This document shows positions 1 to 8,599 of a stretch of DNA of 64,000 nucleotides, piece after piece (position 1 is the stretch's first letter; the number at the start of each line of letters is the position of its first letter). The notes under the pieces are model-generated. The model was not told the DNA's origin. It ran no database searches and was given only the letters and a program-made list of their open reading frames with translations. A program made the translations under genes and the position numbers. This DNA is from an uncultured delta proteobacterium (GTDB lineage: Bacteria > Desulfobacterota > WTBG01 > CAIYCZ01 > CAIRTM01): assembly GCA_963804955.1 (NCBI GenBank), contig CAWDSQ010000010.1, positions 8,570 through 72,569 on the forward strand, given 5' to 3'.

Positions 1-118
1 CCGGCGACTGCTCACGGTCGCTGTTGTACAGATAGGAAATAATGCGGTCACCGTAGAGCCGTTCGGTCATGACACGGCGGGTGCCCCTCTCAATATACTG
101 ATGCTGCGGTATTTTCAT
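1..118 (-). CDS. 5' end of a probable phosphatidylserine decarboxylase-family protein (runs off the window)
   Basis: My translation from the ATG at 118 is MKIPQHQYIERGTRRVMTERLYGDRIISYLYNSDREQSP. This resembles the N-terminus of Psd-family proteins. It overlaps the stop of the upstream 808-aa gene. Only 39 aa are visible. Confidence 0.5.
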   Translation of the reverse strand, partial: MKIPQHQYIERGTRRVMTERLYGDRIISYLYNSDREQSP

Positions 119-2516
119 GCTGTGTTTCCTCACAAGCCCCTGCCGCTTCTTCAGCCTGAATACACAGCAGCAGCAGAGCGATAAAGGTTCTCAGCGAATC
201 CTCCGACAGTTTGCCTGCGGCCATCACGTGTCCGAGGTCTGCGGCACATGCCTCGGCGCTGCCCCCGCCGAGCAATTCGGCCAGCGTTTCGCGAAACTGC
301 CCGCGGCCTTCAAGGGCCATGCGGTCAAGCAGCCGCGCCGAATCAAGACAGACTGTTGAGGCTTCCTCACTATGCTGGCGCCGCAGCACGGTGCGGTAAT
401 AGCCTTCGGCGGCGGCATTGAAATCGCCTGCGGGCATGCCCATGGCAGAGCGCCCGCCGCACTGGTCAAGAATGCCCGCCGTGAGCCTGCCGGCTGCAGA
501 TGCTGCTGGGTTAGTGATCCGCTCTTCCAGGCGCTCCAGGGTAGCCTGCATGCCCATATTTTCGATAAGATCAGCGGCATCCTGACGAATGATGGTCAGC
601 AGCGCCCGAAGGTACTCATCATTGTGGCATCTGGTATATCCGGGATACCGGTTGCTGGTGCGGGTCTTTTTCATGCTGCCGAGAATGTGGGTCAAGAACC
701 GGTTTTGCGTATCGCTGCGCACGAAAAATGTTGGTATGCCGATTGCAGCGCCGAAAAATATTTGCCGCCTTTCACTTTCACAGGTCGGGCTGTCGGGGAT
801 ATGCTCATGGGTGAGTTGCCCGTCGGCAATGTATTTATAGGCCAAAGCAGTGAGAAGTGTCTGCAGATTGACGGCATCGGCCATATCGCCAAGCAGTGTT
901 GCAAACAGGCTGTAATAGCGCCCTTCAAAACCCGAAAAACCCATAGCAGCATGCTGCCGAAGCCGGTAAAACAGATAGGGCGACATGCGCTCGTCGAAAA
1001 CTCCCAGATCGGCAAGGTCTTTTTTCAGGCGCAGGTCATTGCCGGGCGAGCCGTCGAGTGCCGGGCTCTGGTCCGTACTCATGAGCGCAACCGGATAATC
1101 GATCAACCGGTAATCCTGAACAAAATCGCCCCGGAGTTTAAACAGCCCGCTGACAAACCGGTCAAGCGCGGGCGGGCCGAAAGGCGTCAGCGGCTGGCCC
1201 ATGATTTTCACATCGGCCTTCAGCTTCCAGCGCCGCCACAGCATGCGCAAATGCGTATAATCAAGCTCATGGGGCAGAAATCCGAGCACGGTTTCTGGAT
1301 GGAAATCGCCGAACTCCAGCCGGTAGGGCGCAGCGCTGTACGTGCCCACAAAAAGGGGGAGGAAATGCTCGACGATTTTTATAGCCAGATCCCCGCAATA
1401 TTTTTCATCGGCTGCGGTGAACGCGGAACCCCGTGCCGCGAGCAGGTCCGTCAGTTTCCGGCTACCGAGACTGACATGGGTTCCGTTATTGGCAAGACTG
1501 ATATTTGACAGATTCGGCAGCACAACCAGATCGCGCGTAATAATGCCCGCGTCCTTGAGCTTGGCAAGCGTATTGAGCTGGCTGCGTGACAGCACCTGGT
1601 GGCACAGTATCATGTACTGGTGCTTCTCCTGGCCATGGTCCCAGCCTGAAAGACAGGGGCTCATAAACAGCTCGCGATAGAAACCGTCGCTGATTATGTT
1701 GTTCAGGCTCTTCTGGCGTACGGGTGGATGAGGCGCAAAATAGGCAAGAACGCGCTGGCCGCTTGCGGCAAGCCCGAACCGGTTTTCGCCGTACTGTATC
1801 AAAAGCTGGGTCAGCAGAAACCGCAACGCTGTTTCCCGGGCAGGTTGCGCTCCCATGCCGCGACCGGGCAGCAGCGCCGGCGTATAGAATGAAAATGTTT
1901 CAGGCGAGGTGTTGTCGTTCAGGAAATGGTCCATGTACCTTCGGCCGGTTTGACGGACGGCTTCAGGCGTAAATGCCGAGGCGCTGACTGCATCGGCAAG
2001 GGCGAGCTTCAAAAGGTAGCTGACGGGCACGCGCAAGCACCGTTCACCCCTATCCTTGATGATGAACTTCGCGGAATCAATACGGTCCGGACTCTGCGGG
2101 TCGGTTTTGTCGGCGCGCAGATCGTCATGAAAAACCGAACGCGCATAGCTGCTCAGGCAACGGTAGGGAAACCGCACCCAACTATGCTCCCAGACATTGT
2201 CAGGGTTATTGTTCAGATACTTTTCAAGCTCGGCAATAAGCCGCTGCGAGGTATCGCCGGACAGGGTGCGCCGAATAATGTTTTTATAATAATTGGACTG
2301 CTCAATTGTACGGGGCAGGTCAACAGACTCTTTTGCGCCTATTACGACGGTTTGCAGCTCGTTTTCAACCCCGGCAGTCACATCGCCTGAGGTAAAGGGC
2401 AGGGCTTCCACAAAGGCATCGCCGGCGGCGCAGCGTATGCCGAGGGCCTCACAAAGTCTTTCCGGATTTGTCTTTCCGCCGCTTCTGAAAGGGTAGGAAA
2501 GTACAGGTGCTGTCAT
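90..2516 (-). CDS. Conserved hypothetical 808-aa protein with glutamate-cysteine ligase/glutamine synthetase-like motifs
   Basis: Long intact ORF. Motifs AGVENELQTV, NNGTHVSLG and GFEGRY parallel the ExE, GxH and ExR metal/ATP-binding motifs of GCS2-type ligases. Confidence 0.7.
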   Translation of the reverse strand: MTAPVLSYPFRSGGKTNPERLCEALGIRCAAGDAFVEALPFTSGDVTAGVENELQTVVIGAKESVDLPRTIEQSNYYKNIIRRTLSGDTSQRLIAELEKYLNNNPDNVWEHSWVRFPYRCLSSYARSVFHDDLRADKTDPQSPDRIDSAKFIIKDRGERCLRVPVSYLLKLALADAVSASAFTPEAVRQTGRRYMDHFLNDNTSPETFSFYTPALLPGRGMGAQPARETALRFLLTQLLIQYGENRFGLAASGQRVLAYFAPHPPVRQKSLNNIISDGFYRELFMSPCLSGWDHGQEKHQYMILCHQVLSRSQLNTLAKLKDAGIITRDLVVLPNLSNISLANNGTHVSLGSRKLTDLLAARGSAFTAADEKYCGDLAIKIVEHFLPLFVGTYSAAPYRLEFGDFHPETVLGFLPHELDYTHLRMLWRRWKLKADVKIMGQPLTPFGPPALDRFVSGLFKLRGDFVQDYRLIDYPVALMSTDQSPALDGSPGNDLRLKKDLADLGVFDERMSPYLFYRLRQHAAMGFSGFEGRYYSLFATLLGDMADAVNLQTLLTALAYKYIADGQLTHEHIPDSPTCESERRQIFFGAAIGIPTFFVRSDTQNRFLTHILGSMKKTRTSNRYPGYTRCHNDEYLRALLTIIRQDAADLIENMGMQATLERLEERITNPAASAAGRLTAGILDQCGGRSAMGMPAGDFNAAAEGYYRTVLRRQHSEEASTVCLDSARLLDRMALEGRGQFRETLAELLGGGSAEACAADLGHVMAAGKLSEDSLRTFIALLLLCIQAEEAAGACEETQHENTAASVY

Positions 2517-2551
2517 GCTAATGTCCTTTAAATTTTTATTTTTCTGTTTTT

Positions 2552-2605
2552 GTTATAGCCGCCGCAGGTTAAAGCTGTGTTAACTTTATGATAATTATCA
2601 ATTAA
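2552..2605 (-). promoter_or_regulatory. Pho-box-like promoter (4 repeats plus -10)
   Basis: Plus-strand GTTAA/GTTAA/GATAA/ATTAA at 2568, 2579, 2590 and 2601 (11-bp period). Minus-strand -10 TATAAC at 2557-2552. Confidence 0.75.
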
Positions 2606-2630
2606 TTCGTGGAGTTAGTCCTCCAGCGTG

Positions 2631-3656
2631 TCATGGGCCGTCCGGTTGCTGCTGCCGGACTTTGGGTGCAGCTTTTAACACGGTACCGCCCGGCATGAGG
2701 TGGGCTTTGATTTTTTGCACCATGTCAGCCCAGGCGGCAGCGCCAACGCTCTGCTCATTGATAATCATATGGCGGGCGATTGCGGCATCGGTAGTATTGT
2801 CTTTTACTATGCTGACAAGGTCCCACCGGTCAAACCCATTATCGCTGACGAACTCCTGTAGATTCTCGAAGGATACGAATTCATCCTCCTGATCCATGAA
2901 AAGGAGCGTCGGCACATTGAGCCGGGGGCCGAGATTTGCCTCAAAATTCCTGATTGCGTCAAAAAGAGCAGTATAGCCAGCCACGGGCGTGCCGTCATTG
3001 GCACGCTGATTTTCAGGGGCTTCGCTGTCGATGACAAGCTCGGGGAAAGGCTTAAGCGGCCTCAGATGATACCCGATGGACGGATGGAGCGTAAGGGCCG
3101 GAGCCAAAAGCAGCATCCGATCAAAATGAACGCCGGGCTTGGCCGCCAGCAGGTCGCAGCCCAGCAGGCCGCCAAGCGAGTAGCCGACAAAATATAAGGG
3201 CACGCCGAGTTTGCGGGCCCGGTGCATGGCTTGCACATAGGCCTGATGAACTTCATTGAGCCATAAAAAATACGCAACGCTCTTGAAGGATTCAAGGCGG
3301 TCGCGCTTATCATCGGCAGGGCGGCTCCCCCGGCGAATGAAATTAGCGCCATGGCCCCGCAGCGAAACGTTCAGCGCTTCGATGCCTGCACTGTTCAGAA
3401 TGGCAATAATGGGCTCCATCATTTCCGGCCTTATGTTTAAGCCATGCACAATCAGCGCGATAGCAATGGGCTTTTTATAAGAAGCGGATTTAAACCAGCG
3501 GCTGCAATGATCCTGACGGGCAATAAGCTCTTGTATGAAGGCGTTTGCCCCTGCAGGAGCTATGCGGGAAAGGTCGCCACTATACATATAAATACAGGCG
3601 GCAACAGCCGCCGCTGCAGCGAATCCAACCAGCACGAGCCTTCGATAGGATTTCAT
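2631..3656 (-). CDS. Alpha/beta hydrolase (lysophospholipase/esterase-like) with N-terminal signal or anchor
   Basis: HGLN oxyanion motif, GYSLG nucleophile elbow, candidate Asp (DEFV) and His (RHM), hydrophobic N-terminus. Confidence 0.85.
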   Translation of the reverse strand: MKSYRRLVLVGFAAAAAVAACIYMYSGDLSRIAPAGANAFIQELIARQDHCSRWFKSASYKKPIAIALIVHGLNIRPEMMEPIIAILNSAGIEALNVSLRGHGANFIRRGSRPADDKRDRLESFKSVAYFLWLNEVHQAYVQAMHRARKLGVPLYFVGYSLGGLLGCDLLAAKPGVHFDRMLLLAPALTLHPSIGYHLRPLKPFPELVIDSEAPENQRANDGTPVAGYTALFDAIRNFEANLGPRLNVPTLLFMDQEDEFVSFENLQEFVSDNGFDRWDLVSIVKDNTTDAAIARHMIINEQSVGAAAWADMVQKIKAHLMPGGTVLKAAPKVRQQQPDGP

Positions 3657-3717
3657 ATACAGGCGCCTTTTTTTACGGTCAGGTTCTGCAGGGCCGTCTG
3701 GGCTTCCTGCTGCTGAT

Positions 3718-3742
3718 AAAAAAAGGGGGCCTTGCGGCCCCC
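3718..3742 (-). terminator. Rho-independent terminator
   Basis: Minus strand reads GGGGGCC-GCAA-GGCCCCC-TTTTTTT. Confidence 0.8.
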
Positions 3743-3789
3743 TGGAGGAGGAGAGATGCTGAAAAAAGCGGTTTCAACACTTCTCTGTT
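3718..3789 (-). ncRNA. Candidate ~72-nt small RNA (or attenuator leader) between a Pho-box-like promoter and a terminator
   Basis: Promoter at 3795-3848, 5' hairpin (AGAGAAGUGUUGAAA pairing with UUUCAGCAUCUCU), CCUCCUCCA linker, then the terminator. Confidence 0.5.
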
Positions 3790-3794
3790 TTTAA

Positions 3795-3848
3795 TATATA
3801 CGGCTACTCGGTTAAAAAAAAATAATGGGTTGATTAATTTACGGTTAA
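3795..3848 (-). promoter_or_regulatory. Pho-box-like promoter
   Basis: Plus-strand GTTAA at 3811, a degenerate copy at 3822, ATTAA at 3833 and GTTAA at 3844. Minus-strand -10 TATATA at 3800-3795. Confidence 0.65.
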
Positions 3849-4252
3849 TTTTTAGCTCTTCAAAATCGCAACCGATGATCCATCCGCACAACCATAAAAA
3901 CAGCCGCCACCGGGGGGTGTGCTGTGATGCCATCAGGGGATGTTGCTCAATGTTTTGAAACGTAACCCATAGTGTGCTGTTTAGCGACACGGGCCAGGAA
4001 CAATAAAATGGGTCCTTCTGCGAAACGGGTAACAAAGTCAACGATACGTTTAAGGTTTTGGTAATGCGCAGGGTTCTGATGCAGTTGCTTATGAAGGTGG
4101 CTATCATGAAAGCAATATGTCCAGGGCCTATCTTATGTGGTCCACATTGAAATTGATTTGCCAAGTTTCCGGGGTGTTTCATCGTGCAGAACGTCGATGA
4201 TGCTGCCGCTGTATAAGGCTGTATCACGCGCACAGCCCTATTGTTATATTCT

Positions 4253-4493
4253 GGTTATTTCCAAAGCTGAACCTGTGTATGGTTGTTAATTTCATTGCAC
4301 AATTTTGTCATTTCGATTGCAGGGAGTCCGCAGGTTGCGTACTCGCATCAATCTTAGACTGAAGTGAAATTATGGCGTTAGGATTTCTCATCCCGCTTTC
4401 AGCGGGATTCGAAATGACAGCAAGAGCAATTACGACAAAGGGTACATACGCTCTTGTCCAGAATAAGGGGGTAGTTCAGCTTAGGAGATAACC
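4253..4493. mobile_element. MITE-like element, family A, copy 1
   Basis: 20-bp terminal inverted repeats GGTTATTTCCAAAGCTGAAC / GTTCAGCTTAGGAGATAACC (18/20 match). Flanks TATATTC/TATATTA. Internal REP-like hairpin. Confidence 0.6.
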
Positions 4494-4537
4494 ATATATT
4501 ATATCTAGTTTTGGTTTTGTCCGCCCCAGTGTAAATT

Positions 4538-4591
4538 TTAACATTTTTTTAACACAGCAATAATCCCCGCATAATTTTTATTTCATAACAT
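4538..4591 (+). promoter_or_regulatory. Pho-box-like promoter (upstream copy)
   Basis: TTAAC 4538, TTAAC 4549, ATAAT 4560, ATAAT 4571; -10 TAACAT at 4586. Confidence 0.6.
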
Positions 4592-4644
4592 AAGCCCGGC
4601 ATTCAGCCATGCCCCGCAGACGCAGCACGGGGCTTCCATCTTAT

Positions 4645-4698
4645 TTAACCGAAAATTAACCCGCGCTTTATTTGCCGTTAACTCTCCACGGGTATTGT
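4645..4698 (+). promoter_or_regulatory. Pho-box-like promoter of the TonB cluster
   Basis: TTAAC 4645, TTAAC 4656, TTTAT 4667, TTAAC 4678; -10 TATTGT at 4693. Confidence 0.8.
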
Positions 4699-4735
4699 TT
4701 AATCAAAAATGCACATCTCAGAGAGGAGCACCTGC

Positions 4736-5485
4736 ATGAAAAAAAGACACCTATGGCTGCTGGCGTTAATGCTGGGTATGGCCCCGGCAACGCAGGCCGC
4801 GCAGCCCGGGCAGATCAAGCAGACCATCGATCAGTCCATTAAAACCCGGGAAACGACCCAGAAAAAAGCCGCCGACTGGCAGGGCAATAAAGAGCGGATG
4901 AAGAACCGCTACTTTCAGTTGAAAGAAGCCCTTGAGATGACCGGGCTTGAGCTGACTCATATGCAGGAAGTGACGGCCAAACAGGATGCCTACCTGGTGC
5001 GTACACGGCGCAAGGTGCATGAAATGGAAAAAATGGGCCGCGAGCTGCAGCCGTATCTCAACCAGCAGGTTGCCCGCCTGTCCGATCACATTAAAAAAGA
5101 TCTGCCGTTTCTGCCGGAGGAACGCAGCGCGCGGATTACAACCATGCACGGCATCTTGAACGACCCCGAGATACCCTTGAGCGAAAAGCTGCGCCGCACC
5201 TTCGAGGCAATGCGCGTGGAAATGGACTATGGCAAATCAATTGAAACGACCCGCACGGAGATCGACTACAAGGGGCAGAAGGTTTTGGTGAACATGCTGC
5301 GTCTGGGCCGTACAGCCCTGCTGATGCAGACCATTGATGAAAAGGAATCAGGCCTGTATGCCGGAGGAACATGGGTGCAGCTGCCCGGGCAGTACGGCGC
5401 GGAGATAAAGAAAGCCATGGAAATAACCCAGCGCCGCAGGCCTGTCGACTTTGTAAACCTGCCCCTTCGGGAGATCAAACAATGA
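4736..5485 (+). CDS. DUF3450-family periplasmic protein (TtpB-like)
   Basis: GAGGAG RBS, signal peptide, coiled coil, DLPFLPEERSARI and LRLGRTAL motifs; first gene of the exbBD/tonB cluster. Confidence 0.8.
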   Translation: MKKRHLWLLALMLGMAPATQAAQPGQIKQTIDQSIKTRETTQKKAADWQGNKERMKNRYFQLKEALEMTGLELTHMQEVTAKQDAYLVRTRRKVHEMEKMGRELQPYLNQQVARLSDHIKKDLPFLPEERSARITTMHGILNDPEIPLSEKLRRTFEAMRVEMDYGKSIETTRTEIDYKGQKVLVNMLRLGRTALLMQTIDEKESGLYAGGTWVQLPGQYGAEIKKAMEITQRRRPVDFVNLPLREIKQ

Positions 5486-6927
5486 AGCATATCGTATTTT
5501 GTGTAGCGCTGCTGCTGTGCACGATTATGTGCCGCGGCTGCGCCTGGGCCGAAGATAACCAGACCGCGTCGGCCGCCACATCACAGCAGATCACCAGCGC
5601 CATCGATGAAGCACAACGCAAAGCCGATGAAGACGCAAAAAAGGCGCGGGAAGAAGCAGCGCTGAAGGAAGCCGAGGTTATGGACCAGCAGGGCACGCTC
5701 CAGGCGACATTGGAGCGTCTTGAAGCTGAAAAAAAAGCTCTGGACGAAAAGCTCGATACGGCAAAAAAACTCTATGAGCAAAACGAGCAGGAAACCGCCC
5801 TGCTGCAGAAGCGCAGCGAGGAGCAAAAGGGCCAGGCCGACGAGATAGCAGGGTCCCTGCGCGGTATTGCCCAGGACCTGGGCACGTCCATCAGCCAGTC
5901 TCTGGTGTCCGGCGAAACGCCGGGCCGCAGAAAAATCCTCGAGCCCCTGGTGACGCAGAACGAATTTCCCTCCTTTGAAGCCATCGGCGGCATGGCCGAT
6001 CTCATGTTCGAGGAAATGAGCCGCAACGGCAAAATTTCCACCACCGCCATGGCCTTCACCGATGACGCGGGCCGCGAGACCCGGGGCGACGTTGTGCGCA
6101 TAGGCATGTTCAATGCCCTGTGGAAAAAAGACGGCAAGGTGGGCTATCTGGAATATTCGCCGGCCAAGGAGACCTTTTCGCAGTTTTCCGTAAAAATGCC
6201 CGGCGCCTATCTCGGCGAAGCCAAACAGTTTACGGCTGGTGCGTCGCAGGGGCTTTATCTTGATCCGTCATCGGGAGGCGCCTTCCGTTTCATTTCCGAC
6301 ATGCCCGACTGGTGGGAAGAGCTGAAATCAGGCGGCTCCCTCATGTGGCCTATCTGCCTGTGCGGAGTCATCGCCGTCATTCTGGCGATCGAGCGCTTTA
6401 TCACGCTCATGCGTCACAGCAAAGCCACGGCGCAACTTGCCGATGCCGTCACGCCGGTGCTGCAGCGGGGCGACTGGGACGCGGCGCTGCGCATAAGCAA
6501 AGGCAGCAGCATCGGCCTTGCGCGCGTTCTTGCCGCCGGCATCAACCACCGGCAGGAGCAGACCGAGGTGCTTGAGTCGGTCATGGAAGAATCCATTCAG
6601 AGCATCCGGGGCCCCCTTGACCGCAATATGGCCAGCCTGCAGATTATCGCCGTGGTGTCGCCGCTGCTGGGGCTGCTGGGGACCGTCACCGGCATGATTT
6701 CAACCTTCAATATGCTCACGATCTACGGCTCAGGCGATCCCCGGCTCATGTCGGGCGGTATTTCCGAGGCCCTTGTCACCACCGAATACGGCCTGTTCAT
6801 ATCCATTCCCGTAATTCTCGTGCACGGCTACTTTCAGGGCAAGGTGGGCGACATTATTGGCCGCATCGAGGAAAAAGCCATGACGCTGGTCAATTCCGTG
6901 AAAAAAATCAAAAGGCAGGCCGCATGA
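5482..6927 (+). CDS. Large MotA/TolQ/ExbB-family protein (TtpC-like)
   Basis: ATGA overlap with the previous gene, signal peptide, coiled coil, C-terminal SPLLGLLGTVTGMI and GGISEALVTT motifs. Confidence 0.9.
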   Translation: MKHIVFCVALLLCTIMCRGCAWAEDNQTASAATSQQITSAIDEAQRKADEDAKKAREEAALKEAEVMDQQGTLQATLERLEAEKKALDEKLDTAKKLYEQNEQETALLQKRSEEQKGQADEIAGSLRGIAQDLGTSISQSLVSGETPGRRKILEPLVTQNEFPSFEAIGGMADLMFEEMSRNGKISTTAMAFTDDAGRETRGDVVRIGMFNALWKKDGKVGYLEYSPAKETFSQFSVKMPGAYLGEAKQFTAGASQGLYLDPSSGGAFRFISDMPDWWEELKSGGSLMWPICLCGVIAVILAIERFITLMRHSKATAQLADAVTPVLQRGDWDAALRISKGSSIGLARVLAAGINHRQEQTEVLESVMEESIQSIRGPLDRNMASLQIIAVVSPLLGLLGTVTGMISTFNMLTIYGSGDPRLMSGGISEALVTTEYGLFISIPVILVHGYFQGKVGDIIGRIEEKAMTLVNSVKKIKRQAA

Positions 6928-7517
6928 ACTGGGAAATATCCACCTGGGAGTATCTGGCGACAGGAGGGCCCGTGATGGTGCCCCTGCTGCTGGTCTCGCT
7001 TGCCATGGCGTTCATGATAGCCGAACGGTTTTTGTATTTTGCGGGGATCGAGCGCGGCGATATCAACGCCGATGCCGTCATCAGGGGCATTGAAAACAAT
7101 GCCCCGGCTGCCGGCGGCGGGCTGTGCGCAACGGTGCTTGATCGGCTGCTGGCGGCCCGGGCCGTTTATGGCGAGCTTGATCTGCGGGTGCTCCATGAAA
7201 CCGTGCAGGGCTTTCTTCCCGAACTGCGGCGGGGGTTCAATATAATCGCCTGCCTGATAGCCGCGGCTCCGCTGCTGGGGCTGCTGGGGACCGTGACCGG
7301 CATGATCGAAACCTTTAATGTCATGAATATTTTCGGCACCACCAATCCCAAGGCCATGTCCGGGGGCATATCCGAGGCCATGATCACCACGCAGTACGGT
7401 TTGGTGCTCGCCATTCTCGGGATGTATGTGCAGATGTTTGTAGAAAAACGGGCGCGCCGCTGCGAGCACATGGTCGAGGAGCTGACGCGCCACATTATAA
7501 GGAAATTTCAGCTATGA
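6924..7517 (+). CDS. exbB: ExbB/TolQ proton channel subunit
   Basis: APLLGLLGTVTGMIETF and GGISEAMITTQYGL motifs. Confidence 0.9.
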   Translation: MNWEISTWEYLATGGPVMVPLLLVSLAMAFMIAERFLYFAGIERGDINADAVIRGIENNAPAAGGGLCATVLDRLLAARAVYGELDLRVLHETVQGFLPELRRGFNIIACLIAAAPLLGLLGTVTGMIETFNVMNIFGTTNPKAMSGGISEAMITTQYGLVLAILGMYVQMFVEKRARRCEHMVEELTRHIIRKFQL

Positions 7518-7934
7518 TCCGCTCACGACGAAGGACCGAAGGGGACAAGCCCATTGAAATCAACATGGCGCCGCTGATCGACATGACCTTTCTGCTGCTG
7601 ATTTTTTTCATCGTAACCACCAGCTTTGTGAAAGAAACAGGCCTTGAGGTGAACCGGCCCTCGGCCAAAAGCGCGGAGAGCAAGGAAAAAAGCACCATCA
7701 TGGTGGGCGTAAGCAGGCAGGGGTTCATTTACATGGAAAACCGCTCCATTGATTTGCGCTCCGTGCGGGCGAATGTCGAAAAGGCCATGGCCGATAACCC
7801 CGATGCGGGCGTCATCAGTCGTGGCGGACAAGGAAAGCTCCACGGGCCTTGTGGTGAATGTCATCGACCAGTGCAGGCTTGCCGGCGCCAAGGCGGTATC
7901 GATAGCAACCAAGAGGGAAGACGAGTCCACATGA
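7514..7934 (+). CDS. exbD: ExbD/TolR (apparent frameshift near 7815)
   Basis: EINMAPLIDMTFLLLIFFIVTTSF. The C-terminus VVADKESSTGLVVNVIDQCRLAGA lies in another frame ending at 7934. Confidence 0.88.
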
Positions 7935-8581
7935 GCGTTCTGCAGCCTGTCCACCGGCGCTATTTTGCGGCACTGGCCATAGCCTGCGTTGCCACCGCCC
8001 TGTGCCTGTTCGTGCTGCCGGTATCGCTGCGCTTCAGCGCGCCGATGAAGAAAGATCTGCTGCGCGAGGCCCTGCAGCTTGCCGATTACCGCAAGCCGCC
8101 GCCGCCGCCGCCGAAAAAGCAGGAGCAGCAGAAAAAGCCCGAAGCGCAAAAGGTTCAGCCCAAGCTCAAAAGCTTCATGCCGAAAATGGACATGGACTCT
8201 TCGGCCCTTGCGGGCAAGTTTCAGTTCGACCTCGGCCTTGCCGGCGGCTCGGGCGCGGGTGTCGGGATGAATCTGGGGGCAAAGATATTCGACGAGTCAA
8301 AAGTCGACGCCAAGCCCGTGGCCCTGTTCCGGACGCAGCCGATCTATCCGGCAAAGGCGCAGGGCGAACAGCTGACGGGCCGCGTGAGTTTCCGGTTTCT
8401 GGTTGACCGCGACGGCATGGTCAAAGACGTTGAGATAGCAAGCGCTCAGCCGCCCGGTATTTTTGATGATGCCACCATAGCGGCTGTCAAGCAGTGGCGT
8501 TTTCAGCCGGCAAAAGTCAAGGGAGAGGCGGTCGCCTGCTGGTGCCAGTCGTCAATTAAGTATGAACTTGATGTCGAGTAA
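7931..8581 (+). CDS. tonB: TonB energy transducer
   Basis: N-terminal TM helix, Pro-rich KPPPPPPKK, C-terminal YPAKA...VKQWRFQPA domain. The ORF track fuses it to exbD because of the frameshift. Confidence 0.9.
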   Translation: MSVLQPVHRRYFAALAIACVATALCLFVLPVSLRFSAPMKKDLLREALQLADYRKPPPPPPKKQEQQKKPEAQKVQPKLKSFMPKMDMDSSALAGKFQFDLGLAGGSGAGVGMNLGAKIFDESKVDAKPVALFRTQPIYPAKAQGEQLTGRVSFRFLVDRDGMVKDVEIASAQPPGIFDDATIAAVKQWRFQPAKVKGEAVACWCQSSIKYELDVE

Positions 8582-8599
8582 AGGAATAGGAGGAGAGAT

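Noticed and set aside
3756..3794. Plus-strand mini-ORF MLKKAVSTLLCF behind GGAGGAGG
   Set aside because: Only 12 codons with no plus-strand promoter seen. Better explained as the complement of the anti-SD RNA, though not excluded.
3679..4233. 184-aa minus-strand ORF and overlapping plus-strand ORFs
   Set aside because: No RBS or recognisable motifs, atypical composition, and it runs across a promoter and a terminator.
7514..8581. Apparent ExbD-TonB fusion in the ORF track
   Set aside because: Frameshift artefact: the ExbD C-terminus is in another frame and TonB has its own ATG at 7931.
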